A stretch of 64,000 nucleotides of DNA from Eubacteriales bacterium. GTDB lineage: Bacteria > Bacillota > Clostridia > Oscillospirales > JAAYXM01. The translations under genes were made by a program, and so were the position numbers. A model generated the notes under the pieces. That model was not told the DNA's origin. It did not search any database and was given only the letters and a program-made list of their open reading frames with translations. The stretch spans positions 28,003 to 92,002 of the forward strand of contig JAZQFJ010000091.1 of the NCBI GenBank assembly GCA_045539475.1, read 5' to 3'. Shown in pieces: positions 34,906-42,889 of this stretch (position 1 is its first letter; the number at the start of each line of letters is the position of its first letter).

Positions 34906-36036
34906 ATGAGAGAAAGAATCCTGTCGCTTATTATTGTGTGTCTGTTTATATTAAGCTTGCCAATTACAGCTTTTGCCCATAGCGGCAGAACGGATGGCAG
35001 AGGCGGACATAAAGATAATAAGAACAAAAGCGGACTCGGACGTTATCACTACCACTGCGGCGGATATCCTCCGCATCTACACACAAGCGGTGTATGTCCA
35101 TACAGAGGCGGAGCCGGCTCGTCAAGCAAGCGTTCATCTTACTCAAGCACTCCGAAACCGGTGTACGCGACAAGAATCAATGCAGTTAATATTCCGGGTA
35201 GCATAAATGCAGGAGAATCTGCAACACTTAAAGCAGCTGTATATCCGTCAAATGCAGAAGATAAGACTGTATATTGGGAAAGCTCAAACCCGAGCGTGTT
35301 ATCAGTGAGCTTGACGGGGGAATTAACCGCTGTTGGCGTTGGGACAGCAACAATCACTGCAAAGACATCGAGAGGAACATCAAAGAAATTCAATATCATG
35401 GTAAAGGAAGTATTTGCAGATAGCATCAACATTTCTGATAACAAAGATGAAATTCTGCTCGGGGATAGCGAATATCTGAAATGCGTGTTTATGCCACAAA
35501 ACACCACTAATAAAGCGGTGCAATGGGCCTCATCTGATGAAAATGTGCTTTCTGTGTCTGCTGACGGCAGAATAATTGGTAAAGGTGTAGGTGTTGCAAC
35601 TGTTACAGCAACACATAAGGAGCTGACAGATACCTTGGTAATTGAGGTAAAGCCCATTGATGCTAAAAGCGTTGAGTTTATATTGCCTGATGATATTGAA
35701 AGAAACGAGGCTCAGACACCAAGAATAAAGAAGAACAGTACATTACAGATTCAAGCTATAATCGAACCTGAGAACACTACATATAAGGAGATTGAATGGA
35801 GTGTAAGTGATGAAACTGTTGCTTCCATAGATGAAAGCGGATTGCTTACTGCTTATGAAACGGGAACGGTTGTGATTACCGCAACAGCAGTAAGTGGTGT
35901 GTCAGAAGAAATTGAGATAGAGATATATTCTGATATAGGATATGCTGTTGCGGGTGTCGGAGGCGCTGTTGCAATTGCTGCAGGTGGAGCTGCCTGGTAT
36001 TACAGAAAGAAGAAAAAGGAAGAAGAAGCTGAATAA
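34906..36036 (+). CDS. secreted YHYH-domain protein with three Big_2 (Ig-like) domains and a C-terminal TM anchor
   Basis: Signal peptide, HSGRTDGRGGHKD...YHYHCGGYPPHLH, Big_2-like LTAVGVGTATITAKT / IIGKGVGVATVTATH / LTAYETGTVVITATA, and C-terminal AVAGVGGAVAIAAGGAAWYYRKKKK. Confidence 0.75.
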   Translation: MRERILSLIIVCLFILSLPITAFAHSGRTDGRGGHKDNKNKSGLGRYHYHCGGYPPHLHTSGVCPYRGGAGSSSKRSSYSSTPKPVYATRINAVNIPGSINAGESATLKAAVYPSNAEDKTVYWESSNPSVLSVSLTGELTAVGVGTATITAKTSRGTSKKFNIMVKEVFADSINISDNKDEILLGDSEYLKCVFMPQNTTNKAVQWASSDENVLSVSADGRIIGKGVGVATVTATHKELTDTLVIEVKPIDAKSVEFILPDDIERNEAQTPRIKKNSTLQIQAIIEPENTTYKEIEWSVSDETVASIDESGLLTAYETGTVVITATAVSGVSEEIEIEIYSDIGYAVAGVGGAVAIAAGGAAWYYRKKKKEEEAE

Positions 36037-36067
36037 CATAGAGGTTGCAAATCAGTTACATAATTAG

Positions 36068-36108
36068 AAAGAGGACTTCGGAACTTTAGTACTTCCGAAG
36101 TCCTCTTT
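36068..36108. terminator. bidirectional terminator
   Basis: AAAGAGGACTTCGGAA (36068-36083) pairs perfectly with TTCCGAAGTCCTCTTT (36093-36108). Confidence 0.8.
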
Positions 36109-36111
36109 CAT

Positions 36112-36726
36112 CTATATTTCAGAAAATGCCAACCATTGCACTGTATAGGTGTCATATGAAAATCTGCATCCGGCGCTGTTTTCAACCCAGTCGCATTTGA
36201 TACTGTACCATCCGCGAAGTTTTGATCGCAGGTGTGAATCCGTTGAAATCGGTTCAACCCATACTCTGTCATATTCTCGAAGCTCGAAACTTTCAAGGGG
36301 CTGTGTTTTTGGAACTGCACCTTCTGAATATTCCGGAGCTTTGTAATATATCTCTTTCGCTTCCTCAAACGGCACAACGACATTGTCCGGAGCTAAAAGC
36401 AGCATGCTTATAGAATCAACAATCATCCAGCCGTATTCGGTTGACCATACCGGTTGTCCGTGCATGATACGAAGGTTTGTCTGAGGTATCTGAATATCTG
36501 ATTTTTCACTTCCGTTTAGCCGAACACTGCCATTTGTTGTGTTACCAAGCAGGAAATCTGTTGAAACCTTATATAACTCAGCCATTTTGAGAACACTGTC
36601 AATGGTCGGAGATTTTCTTCCGGCTTCCCATGAACTGAGCGTTGGTTGAGAAACGCCAAGCTTTTCCGCTGCCTCAAGCAACTTCAGTTTACACATCTTT
36701 CTTGCTGTTTTGAATTGTCTTGGCAT
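36112..36726 (-). CDS. XRE-family HTH regulator with an uncharacterised ~130-aa C-terminal domain (repressor candidate)
   Basis: N-terminal KLKLLEAAEKLGVSQPTLSSWEAGRKSPTIDSVLKMAELYKVSTDFLLG. Confidence 0.75.
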   Translation of the reverse strand: MPRQFKTARKMCKLKLLEAAEKLGVSQPTLSSWEAGRKSPTIDSVLKMAELYKVSTDFLLGNTTNGSVRLNGSEKSDIQIPQTNLRIMHGQPVWSTEYGWMIVDSISMLLLAPDNVVVPFEEAKEIYYKAPEYSEGAVPKTQPLESFELREYDRVWVEPISTDSHLRSKLRGWYSIKCDWVENSAGCRFSYDTYTVQWLAFSEI

Positions 36727-36798
36727 ATTATCACCGCCTGAATCGGATATAGAGATGTTTTAACGCGGTCAAAAGTCATCATTCTTGTCGGTGTTTTA

Positions 36799-36960
36799 TT
36801 ATCCCCGGCAATTTAAGCTCATTTCCCGTTTACGTTCTTCATATTCGGAAATTTCGCTCTCGTTTGCAGATCGGATATTAAATTTACCGCAATCGGGGCA
36901 TTGTTCTGGTTCACTTGTTCTTTCAAAAAGAAACCGACAGTTATCACATGCATATATCAT
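36799..36960 (-). CDS. 53-aa zinc-ribbon (rubredoxin-like) protein, not in the ORF track
   Basis: My translation: MIYACDNCRFLFERTSEPEQCPDCGKFNIRSANESEISEYEERKREMSLNCRG. CxxC...CxxC, with an AGGGTGA RBS upstream. Confidence 0.45.
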   Translation of the reverse strand: MIYACDNCRFLFERTSEPEQCPDCGKFNIRSANESEISEYEERKREMSLNCRG

Positions 36961-36979
36961 CTTTAGTCACCCTGCAAAG

Positions 36980-37150
36980 TTATTTTAGAATAATCCATTT
37001 GACATTTTTTCTATCACCGTCATTATCTATAATCTCAGCTTTTTGCAATTTAGTCAAATATCGCTGCACTGATCGTAATGGAATTGGCAATGCATCAGAT
37101 ATTTCTCTTGATGAAGCAGTAGGATTTTTTGAGATAAATTTAAGAATCAT
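36980..37150 (-). CDS. 56-aa winged-helix DNA-binding protein, not in the ORF track
   Basis: My translation: MILKFISKNPTASSREISDALPIPLRSVQRYLTKLQKAEIIDNDGDRKNVKWIILK. The RBS is weak. Confidence 0.4.
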   Translation of the reverse strand: MILKFISKNPTASSREISDALPIPLRSVQRYLTKLQKAEIIDNDGDRKNVKWIILK

Positions 37151-37261
37151 TTCTTTGTTCGCGCCAATGTTCGCGCCATGTATTGTGCTGCTGCCGACAT
37201 CGCCGACATCTCTTATATTAAGAAAAAGTGTGATTCTGTCGGGTTACGGAAGTTAAGTCAA

Positions 37262-37471
37262 TCATTTCGAATTCTCCTTGCAATTGGATTTTATATATTT
37301 ACCGCTCTTTATCCGAGCATCAGCAGGTTTTTGAGCAGTTATAGGTATCATCCATGTGTTACCGATTTTCTGAGAATCAGCGATTCGACCTTCGGCGCAC
37401 AGAATTGCAACCCTTCTGTTTGAAAGTCCCCACTTGGCAGCGGCTTCTGTAGTAGAAATGAATTTCACCAT
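37262..37471 (-). CDS. excisionase-type / MerR-like small HTH DNA-binding protein
   Basis: MVKFISTTEAAAKWGLSNRRVAILCAEGRIADSQKIGNTWMIP is the HTH_17 pattern. ATG 37471 lies 5 nt after GGAG (the track uses GTG 37477). Confidence 0.65.
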   Translation of the reverse strand: MVKFISTTEAAAKWGLSNRRVAILCAEGRIADSQKIGNTWMIPITAQKPADARIKSGKYIKSNCKENSK

Positions 37472-37500
37472 ACTCACTCCAGTCAGATATCATATAATAT

Positions 37501-37529
37501 ATTATATTCGCTTTGCTGAATAATATCAA
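37501..37529 (-). promoter_or_regulatory. candidate promoter of the minus-strand Xis-like operon
   Basis: On the minus strand: TTGATA, 17-nt spacer, TATAAT (plus-strand coordinates 37524-37529 and 37501-37506). Confidence 0.5.
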
Positions 37530-37617
37530 GTTGTTTCGTATTAATTTCTTTGGATTGTTGTAAATTTCAAATCATATCCGTGTAATTATATTGAAAACAT
37601 GAAAGGAGGTTTTCAGT

Positions 37618-38220
37618 ATGAGAAAAAACAAAATACGCATCATATCCATTTTAATAGCGGTGATTACGGTGTTTTCCGTCATACCGGCGCACGCTCAGAC
37701 AATCCCGCGCGAAGCTATTCCGGACAACACTCCCCAGCAAGCTGTCGATGTTGCAGAACACTACATTAAAAACACATTGATAAAGGTGCAGAATGGGATG
37801 GGGTATGCTGATGCAAAGGGTGAATCCAACAGAATCCTATTCAAAGCCTTTATCAACAAACAGACCTGCGGATACAGCTACGGTTTACTCACGATTATTG
37901 CAAATAACGCAATGTTCGAGTATAGGGATATGTATTTGCGTCCACAGGCTTATGCCGCATATGAAAAGCAGGTTAAAATTCTGCTTGCAGATTTAATTAA
38001 AGCTGTTGAGTGTGGGAAGATTACTTATGCTGATGCCAAGAAAGAGGCATACAATCGAATCTACAAATCTGTTGACCCGTCATATAACCCGAGCGACAGG
38101 TTCCTCGTTGACTTTTGTTATTGGGATGTGATTTCGGTAGACGGTGCTATGTTCAACAGAGCAAGAAAGGTTCTGCTTGATGCAGAAGCGAGATACAAGA
38201 AGCAATCCCTATGCGCTTAG
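37618..38220 (+). CDS. secreted hypothetical protein
   Basis: Signal peptide MRKNKIRIISILIAVITVFSVIPAHAQ, with RBS AAAGGAGG upstream. Confidence 0.6.
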   Translation: MRKNKIRIISILIAVITVFSVIPAHAQTIPREAIPDNTPQQAVDVAEHYIKNTLIKVQNGMGYADAKGESNRILFKAFINKQTCGYSYGLLTIIANNAMFEYRDMYLRPQAYAAYEKQVKILLADLIKAVECGKITYADAKKEAYNRIYKSVDPSYNPSDRFLVDFCYWDVISVDGAMFNRARKVLLDAEARYKKQSLCA

Positions 38221-38229
38221 TCAAAACGC

Positions 38230-38362
38230 TTGCATTATCGGGTAATGTTTGATATAATATAAATATAAGTTTCACAGTTACCCTATAAGGTAATTACAGT
38301 TTTCTTTGTCTGCAAAGTGTCTGAAGGTCTTGTACCATCAGGCACTTTTTTATTTTCTTATG
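38230..38362 (+). ncRNA. promoter + ~95-nt structured leader/small RNA + intrinsic terminator, repeat family copy 1 of 3
   Basis: TTGCAT 38230-35, 17-nt spacer, TATAAT 38253-58, ATAAGTTTCA, hairpin GTTACC/GGTAAT, then terminator AGTGTCTGA...TCAGGCACT followed by TTTTTTATTTTC. Confidence 0.6.
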
Positions 38363-38450
38363 CTTCTTTGTCAAGAAGCACATAACTGCACAGAGCGCAG
38401 GAGCGTTCCTCCGCGTTTGTGTCGTATATACTCAAGGGTGAAAACTCAAA

Positions 38451-38490
38451 AGAACTCAGAGAATGAAGATATTCTTTGAGTTCTTTTTTT
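38451..38490 (+). terminator. strong intrinsic terminator downstream of copy 1
   Basis: AGAACTCAGAGAAT (38451-64) pairs with ATTCTTTGAGTTCT (38471-84), 14 bp with one G-U, then TTTTTT. Confidence 0.8.
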
Positions 38491-38595
38491 ATATAAACAA
38501 GTGCCTTCAAGGCTCTGTTCAGGTATATTCCGGGGAGTCTTAAGGCTTACCCGCAATATAAATATTTTTCTATATAAGGAGGTAGGTGCTTATGA

Positions 38596-39069
38596 ATGTG
38601 CATCTGCAAATCAATCAAAAAGGCGGTGATTCATTTGTTTGATGATCTGCCTGAGACAGACTATGTCCTGTTTCTTATTCCTACACTGGCAGAGATTATC
38701 TGTGAAGATGTAACGGACAAAGTTCGTGAACTTCATTTCTCTGCATACAGACAGCTTCAGGCACATCTGAACTTCTATAAGGGACGAGGATATTGCGAGA
38801 AGCTACTGTGTAGAATTGCGAAAAAGAAAGGACAACTGATTCTCAAAACCACATCAAAGGCTAAAATGGAAAAGCTTATGAAGCCTCAAGCTCCACATTA
38901 TAACGGTGCAGAGTTCATACCGGACGAATACAACGTTCCGGAAGAAGAACTTATATGCTGGAGCGAAACTTCCTTTTTAGGACCTCTGAATCACATTGCT
39001 TACAAGAGGTACATGAAGGTGTTCGGTGAAGTTTTTCCGGATGAAGCCAAAAAATTATTACAACCATGA
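38596..39069 (+). CDS. hypothetical protein
   Basis: 157-aa ORF ending in an ATGA overlap with ligA. Its ATG is 12-13 nt from GGAGG, and an out-of-frame ATG at 38592 is better placed. Confidence 0.45.
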   Translation: MCICKSIKKAVIHLFDDLPETDYVLFLIPTLAEIICEDVTDKVRELHFSAYRQLQAHLNFYKGRGYCEKLLCRIAKKKGQLILKTTSKAKMEKLMKPQAPHYNGAEFIPDEYNVPEEELICWSETSFLGPLNHIAYKRYMKVFGEVFPDEAKKLLQP

Positions 39070-41069
39070 AAGGAGACTGCACAATAATGAGTGCGAATAA
39101 GTATCAGACAAATCTTGAAAGGATGAAAGAACTCATCCATATTCTTAACGAGGCAGATATTGCTTACTATCGGGATGATAATCCTATTATGACCGATTTT
39201 GACTACGACAGGCTCTTTGATGAGCTGAGCGGTCTTGAGCGGGACACAAAGCTTATTCTGTCCAATTCACCCACCCAGAAGGTGTCGGGAGAAATACTTG
39301 AGGAGCTTACCGAAGTAAGACACACAAAGCCGATGCTTTCTGCAGGAAAAACAAAATCTGTTGCGGATCTTGCGAAGTTTGCAGGAGATAAGGATGTTAT
39401 CTTGTCGTGGAAGCTTGACGGTCTTACTCTTGTACTTCGGTATGAGAACGGCGAGCTTGTCCAAGCGATTACACGCGGTCGTGAAGGCATAATCGGAGAA
39501 GATGTTACGCATACGGCGAAAGTATTCCTCAATATACCGCTGACTGTTCCGGTAAAGGAATCGTTTGAAGTCAGAGGCGAAGGCGTGATATCATGGCAAA
39601 ACTTTGATGAGATCAATTCCGGTCTGCCGGAACCATATGCAAATCCGAGAGGCTTGGCATCCGGAAGCACCAGGAAACTTAATGCAAATGAAGCAAAGAA
39701 AAGATGTTTGGAGTTTTATGCCTTTGAGTTGATTTCTGATAAAATCAGTCATTATGATAAAGAGGAACAGCTCCACTTCCTTGCTTCAAACGGCTTTGAT
39801 GTTGTCCCGCATAAAAGGATTTACGGACCTTCTACACTTGAGGAGATTCAGCATGAAGTTGACAGATTCAATCCCAAGGAATACAAATACGCAGTGGATG
39901 GACTCATTATGGAATATGCTGATATCGCTTATGGTAAGAGCCTTGGAGCAACAGGTCATCATGAGCGCCGACTGATAGCCCTTAAATGGGAAGACGAGCT
40001 TTATGATACTAAGTTTCTTGGAGTCGAGCTTGCTACTACCAGAACAGGTATGGTAAGCCTTACTGCCATTCTGGAACCGGTTACTATCGACGGTACGGTT
40101 GTCACCAGGGCATACCTGCATAATTTTGACATTTTCAACAGTTTCCAGTTCGGAATCGGTGATACGGTCAAGGTTTATAAAGCAAATATGATTATTCCGC
40201 AGATTCAGGAGAATGTTACGCAGAGTAATACATATCAGCTGCCTATGACTTGTCCGTGCTGCGGCGAACCTTTAACAGTGAAGGCTACATCCGGCGGAAC
40301 GAGCTTTTTGTATTGCAATAATTCCGAGTGTCCTGCAAGACTGGTCCAGAAGTTCGTGCACTTCTGCGAGAAAACACGTATGAACATTGAGGGACTTTCG
40401 GAAAGGACCCTGGAAAAGTTTATCGGACGTGGATGGATACGCAATTTTGGAGACCTGTATGAGCTTGAAAAACATAAGGATGAAATTGTAAATACAGAAG
40501 GCTTTGGTGAAAAATCATATCAGCGATTGCAGGCATCTATCGAAAAGAGCCGAAAATGTACGCTCGATAAGTTTATTGCCGGACTTGGTATTCCTATGGT
40601 TGGAAGACATGCAGGAAAAATCATCAACCAGTATTTTGACGGAGACTGGAATGCTTTTGAGCAGGCTATCATTGATGGCTATGACTTCACAGCACTTCCT
40701 GATTTCGGTCAGACTATGCGTGCCAACATATACACATGGTATGCAGATGAGGAGGAAGCAAAGCTTTGGCGTCCGCTACTTGATAAAATCAAATTTATAA
40801 AGGAGAATCATACTATGAACGCTACTGAGAAAACAGTATTTTACGGAAAAACCATCGTTGCTACAGGAAAGCTTGAGAACTATACCCGTGATGAAATTCA
40901 GGCGAAGATCATTTCGCTGGGTGCAACCCCGGCTTCATCTGTAACAAAAAAGACAGACTATGTAATCGTCGGTGAAAAGGCTGGGAACAAGCTTCAAAAA
41001 GCGTTAAATCTTGGCATCCGAACACTGACAGAAGAAGAGTTTGAAAACTTGCTGGTATCCGATAAGTAA
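39066..41069 (+). CDS. ligA: NAD-dependent DNA ligase LigA (element-borne copy)
   Basis: Ia domain DIAYYRDDNPIMTDFDYDRLFDEL, adenylation motif SWKLDGLTL (KxDG), C4 zinc finger CPCCGEPL...CNNSECPA, C-terminal BRCT-like KTIVATGKLENYTRDEIQAKIISLGA. Alternative start ATG 39087. Confidence 0.9.
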   Translation: MKGDCTIMSANKYQTNLERMKELIHILNEADIAYYRDDNPIMTDFDYDRLFDELSGLERDTKLILSNSPTQKVSGEILEELTEVRHTKPMLSAGKTKSVADLAKFAGDKDVILSWKLDGLTLVLRYENGELVQAITRGREGIIGEDVTHTAKVFLNIPLTVPVKESFEVRGEGVISWQNFDEINSGLPEPYANPRGLASGSTRKLNANEAKKRCLEFYAFELISDKISHYDKEEQLHFLASNGFDVVPHKRIYGPSTLEEIQHEVDRFNPKEYKYAVDGLIMEYADIAYGKSLGATGHHERRLIALKWEDELYDTKFLGVELATTRTGMVSLTAILEPVTIDGTVVTRAYLHNFDIFNSFQFGIGDTVKVYKANMIIPQIQENVTQSNTYQLPMTCPCCGEPLTVKATSGGTSFLYCNNSECPARLVQKFVHFCEKTRMNIEGLSERTLEKFIGRGWIRNFGDLYELEKHKDEIVNTEGFGEKSYQRLQASIEKSRKCTLDKFIAGLGIPMVGRHAGKIINQYFDGDWNAFEQAIIDGYDFTALPDFGQTMRANIYTWYADEEEAKLWRPLLDKIKFIKENHTMNATEKTVFYGKTIVATGKLENYTRDEIQAKIISLGATPASSVTKKTDYVIVGEKAGNKLQKALNLGIRTLTEEEFENLLVSDK

Positions 41070-41087
41070 TTTATCAGCACATTATTG

Positions 41088-41124
41088 CGGCGTAGCAAAT
41101 CTTAGGATTGCTGCGCCGTTTTTC
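41088..41124 (+). terminator. intrinsic terminator after ligA
   Basis: CGGCGTAGCAA pairs with TTGCTGCGCCG (11 bp with one G-U), then TTTTT. Confidence 0.8.
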
Positions 41125-41142
41125 ATTTATGGAGGAAATTTT

Positions 41143-41652
41143 ATGTATAACGGTAAAGAATCGAAATCCGACCGCTTCATAAGGATTGCAGAGGCGAGAG
41201 TCAATAAGCTCATCAAAATGATCAGGCTTCTCGGAAACTGCTCTATGAAATGCAATTATGAGTTCACTCAAAATCAGGTCAGTCAGATATTTTCAATTCT
41301 CTATGATGAACTGTATAAAGCGCGTGCAAAATATTCAATTGCAAAACGCGATAAAAAACGGTTCTCGCTCTCAAATGAGTCTGAGAAATATATGCAGGAA
41401 TACCCTCATACTGATTTGCAGCTTCCGGACGGGACAACGATCAGAGCGACAGCGATTGATGATGAGAACTTCCCGGCGATTAATATTGACCTTATAGATT
41501 TTGAGAAGGACGAACGTCTTTGCTTTGTGGAATACAATCCGGAACGCAGCTCCTGTCACAAGGTTTGCATAGGTGTTTATCAGAGTGATAAAGACGAAAC
41601 TGTATTCTATGAGCAATATGTCCGTGACAATTCACATTCACAGCCTTTATAG
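41143..41652 (+). CDS. hypothetical protein
   Basis: ATG 41143 follows GGAGG. The tracked upstream extension (41041) overlaps ligA and its terminator. Confidence 0.55.
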   Translation: MYNGKESKSDRFIRIAEARVNKLIKMIRLLGNCSMKCNYEFTQNQVSQIFSILYDELYKARAKYSIAKRDKKRFSLSNESEKYMQEYPHTDLQLPDGTTIRATAIDDENFPAINIDLIDFEKDERLCFVEYNPERSSCHKVCIGVYQSDKDETVFYEQYVRDNSHSQPL

Positions 41653-41669
41653 GCAGAAAGGAAATCATT

Positions 41670-42089
41670 ATGAATAATCGTGTCAAATATGCCATGAAGC
41701 TTCACTGGAACGAGGTGGCAAACATTATCGGTAGAATTATATCCACTTTGCTTGGACGTGAAGTAATCTGTACCGCAAGGTACGAAGACTATAACTATTG
41801 GTGTGCAGCCACGACGGAAGACGATACATTCACAGTGGAAGAACTTAATATATTGCTTAACTTTATCGCTGCAGATGCAAGTGTCCGCTACGACAATATC
41901 CCTCATGATGCAGGCACAAGCAGATCTATTGCCATGAACCTTTCGGAGATGCTGCTTTCGTTATGTCTGGAAACAACCTGGGAGCACGCATCAATCTGCA
42001 GAGATGGGCTATGGCTCGTTGGTATTGATGATGTATCTGCACTTTCAAAATCTATCAGTAAGCGAGGTGTTGGTAATGTCACAGCTTAA
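41670..42089 (+). CDS. hypothetical protein
   Basis: 139-aa ORF with RBS AAAGGAAA upstream; its start lies within a 38-nt junction that is repeated at 56786. Confidence 0.5.
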   Translation: MNNRVKYAMKLHWNEVANIIGRIISTLLGREVICTARYEDYNYWCAATTEDDTFTVEELNILLNFIAADASVRYDNIPHDAGTSRSIAMNLSEMLLSLCLETTWEHASICRDGLWLVGIDDVSALSKSISKRGVGNVTA

Positions 42090-42675
42090 TGTCAATCAGA
42101 TAACTCGCAAGGACGCGAGAAACCGCTTTGTTGAAAGCCTCAACGATGCATTTGATATAGGTAAAATCCATTTTGTATTTGCTACATACGATGTGAACAA
42201 GCCATCAGGCCAGCGACAGACCAATAATGTCCATATATACATCAATGTGGACGAATATCTGGAGTTGTGCCGAAAACTGGAATGCGGTGAATTCAAGCAT
42301 ATGATGCAGACCAAGAAGAAAAATAAAGACGATAGTCCTTTGTTTGAACACCTTGGCGGTACATCAGCGAAAATTCTTGCTGAAAGAGGCAGGACTCGCA
42401 AAGACGGGAAAAGCTTATCAAGAACAGCAAAGCTCACGGTCGGAGACAGTACTGATCTTGTATTTTGGGTGAACAGCGGTCCCGGAGAAGCTGATGCTAA
42501 GGGACTTATTGTTCCAAAGTTCGGCAGTAAACCGGAAAACTCCGTGGTTCTCGGTATGAGTTTTGAGTCATTCAGTGAGCTGTTGCTATCTACCAAAATG
42601 CATTATTTTGCATGGCTTGCTACTAAATACGCAAAGGCAGCTGATAAAAGCTCTCGTGTGGGAGATAACGCATAA
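42076..42675 (+). CDS. hypothetical protein
   Basis: ATG 42076 lies 7 nt after GAGGTG and overlaps the previous gene by 14 nt. Confidence 0.5.
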   Translation: MSQLNVNQITRKDARNRFVESLNDAFDIGKIHFVFATYDVNKPSGQRQTNNVHIYINVDEYLELCRKLECGEFKHMMQTKKKNKDDSPLFEHLGGTSAKILAERGRTRKDGKSLSRTAKLTVGDSTDLVFWVNSGPGEADAKGLIVPKFGSKPENSVVLGMSFESFSELLLSTKMHYFAWLATKYAKAADKSSRVGDNA

Positions 42676-42714
42676 TGTTGGAACCGAAAACAGTGATTGC
42701 TGTACAGTTATGAA

Positions 42715-42753
42715 GAGACGGTGGGCATAATTATATGCCTTCCGTCTCGTTTT
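42715..42753 (+). terminator. intrinsic terminator
   Basis: GAGACGG.GGGCATA pairs with TATGCC.TCCGTCTC, then GTTTT. Confidence 0.7.
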
Positions 42754-42758
42754 ATATA

Positions 42759-42827
42759 TTGGCATAAACTTGGCACAAAATTGGCACAGTTTTGCCGATG
42801 ACAAGATAATGTGCAACGCGGTATAAT
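42759..42827 (+). promoter_or_regulatory. TTGGCA x3 (11-bp phasing) fused to a sigma-A type promoter, copy B
   Basis: TTGGCA at 42759, 42770 and 42781; ATGACA (42798-42803), 18-nt spacer, TATAAT (42822-42827). Confidence 0.6.
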
Positions 42828-42839
42828 AGTAACGTCGAT

Positions 42840-42875
42840 AAGTGGGTTCGTAATCTGATCCCACTTGATTTTTTT
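42840..42875 (+). terminator. leader hairpin plus T7 run between promoter B and the first gene
   Basis: AAGTGGG (42840-46) pairs with CCCACTT (42860-66), then GATTTTTTT; the RBS follows at ~42881. Confidence 0.55.
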
Positions 42876-42889
42876 GTAAAAGGAGTATT

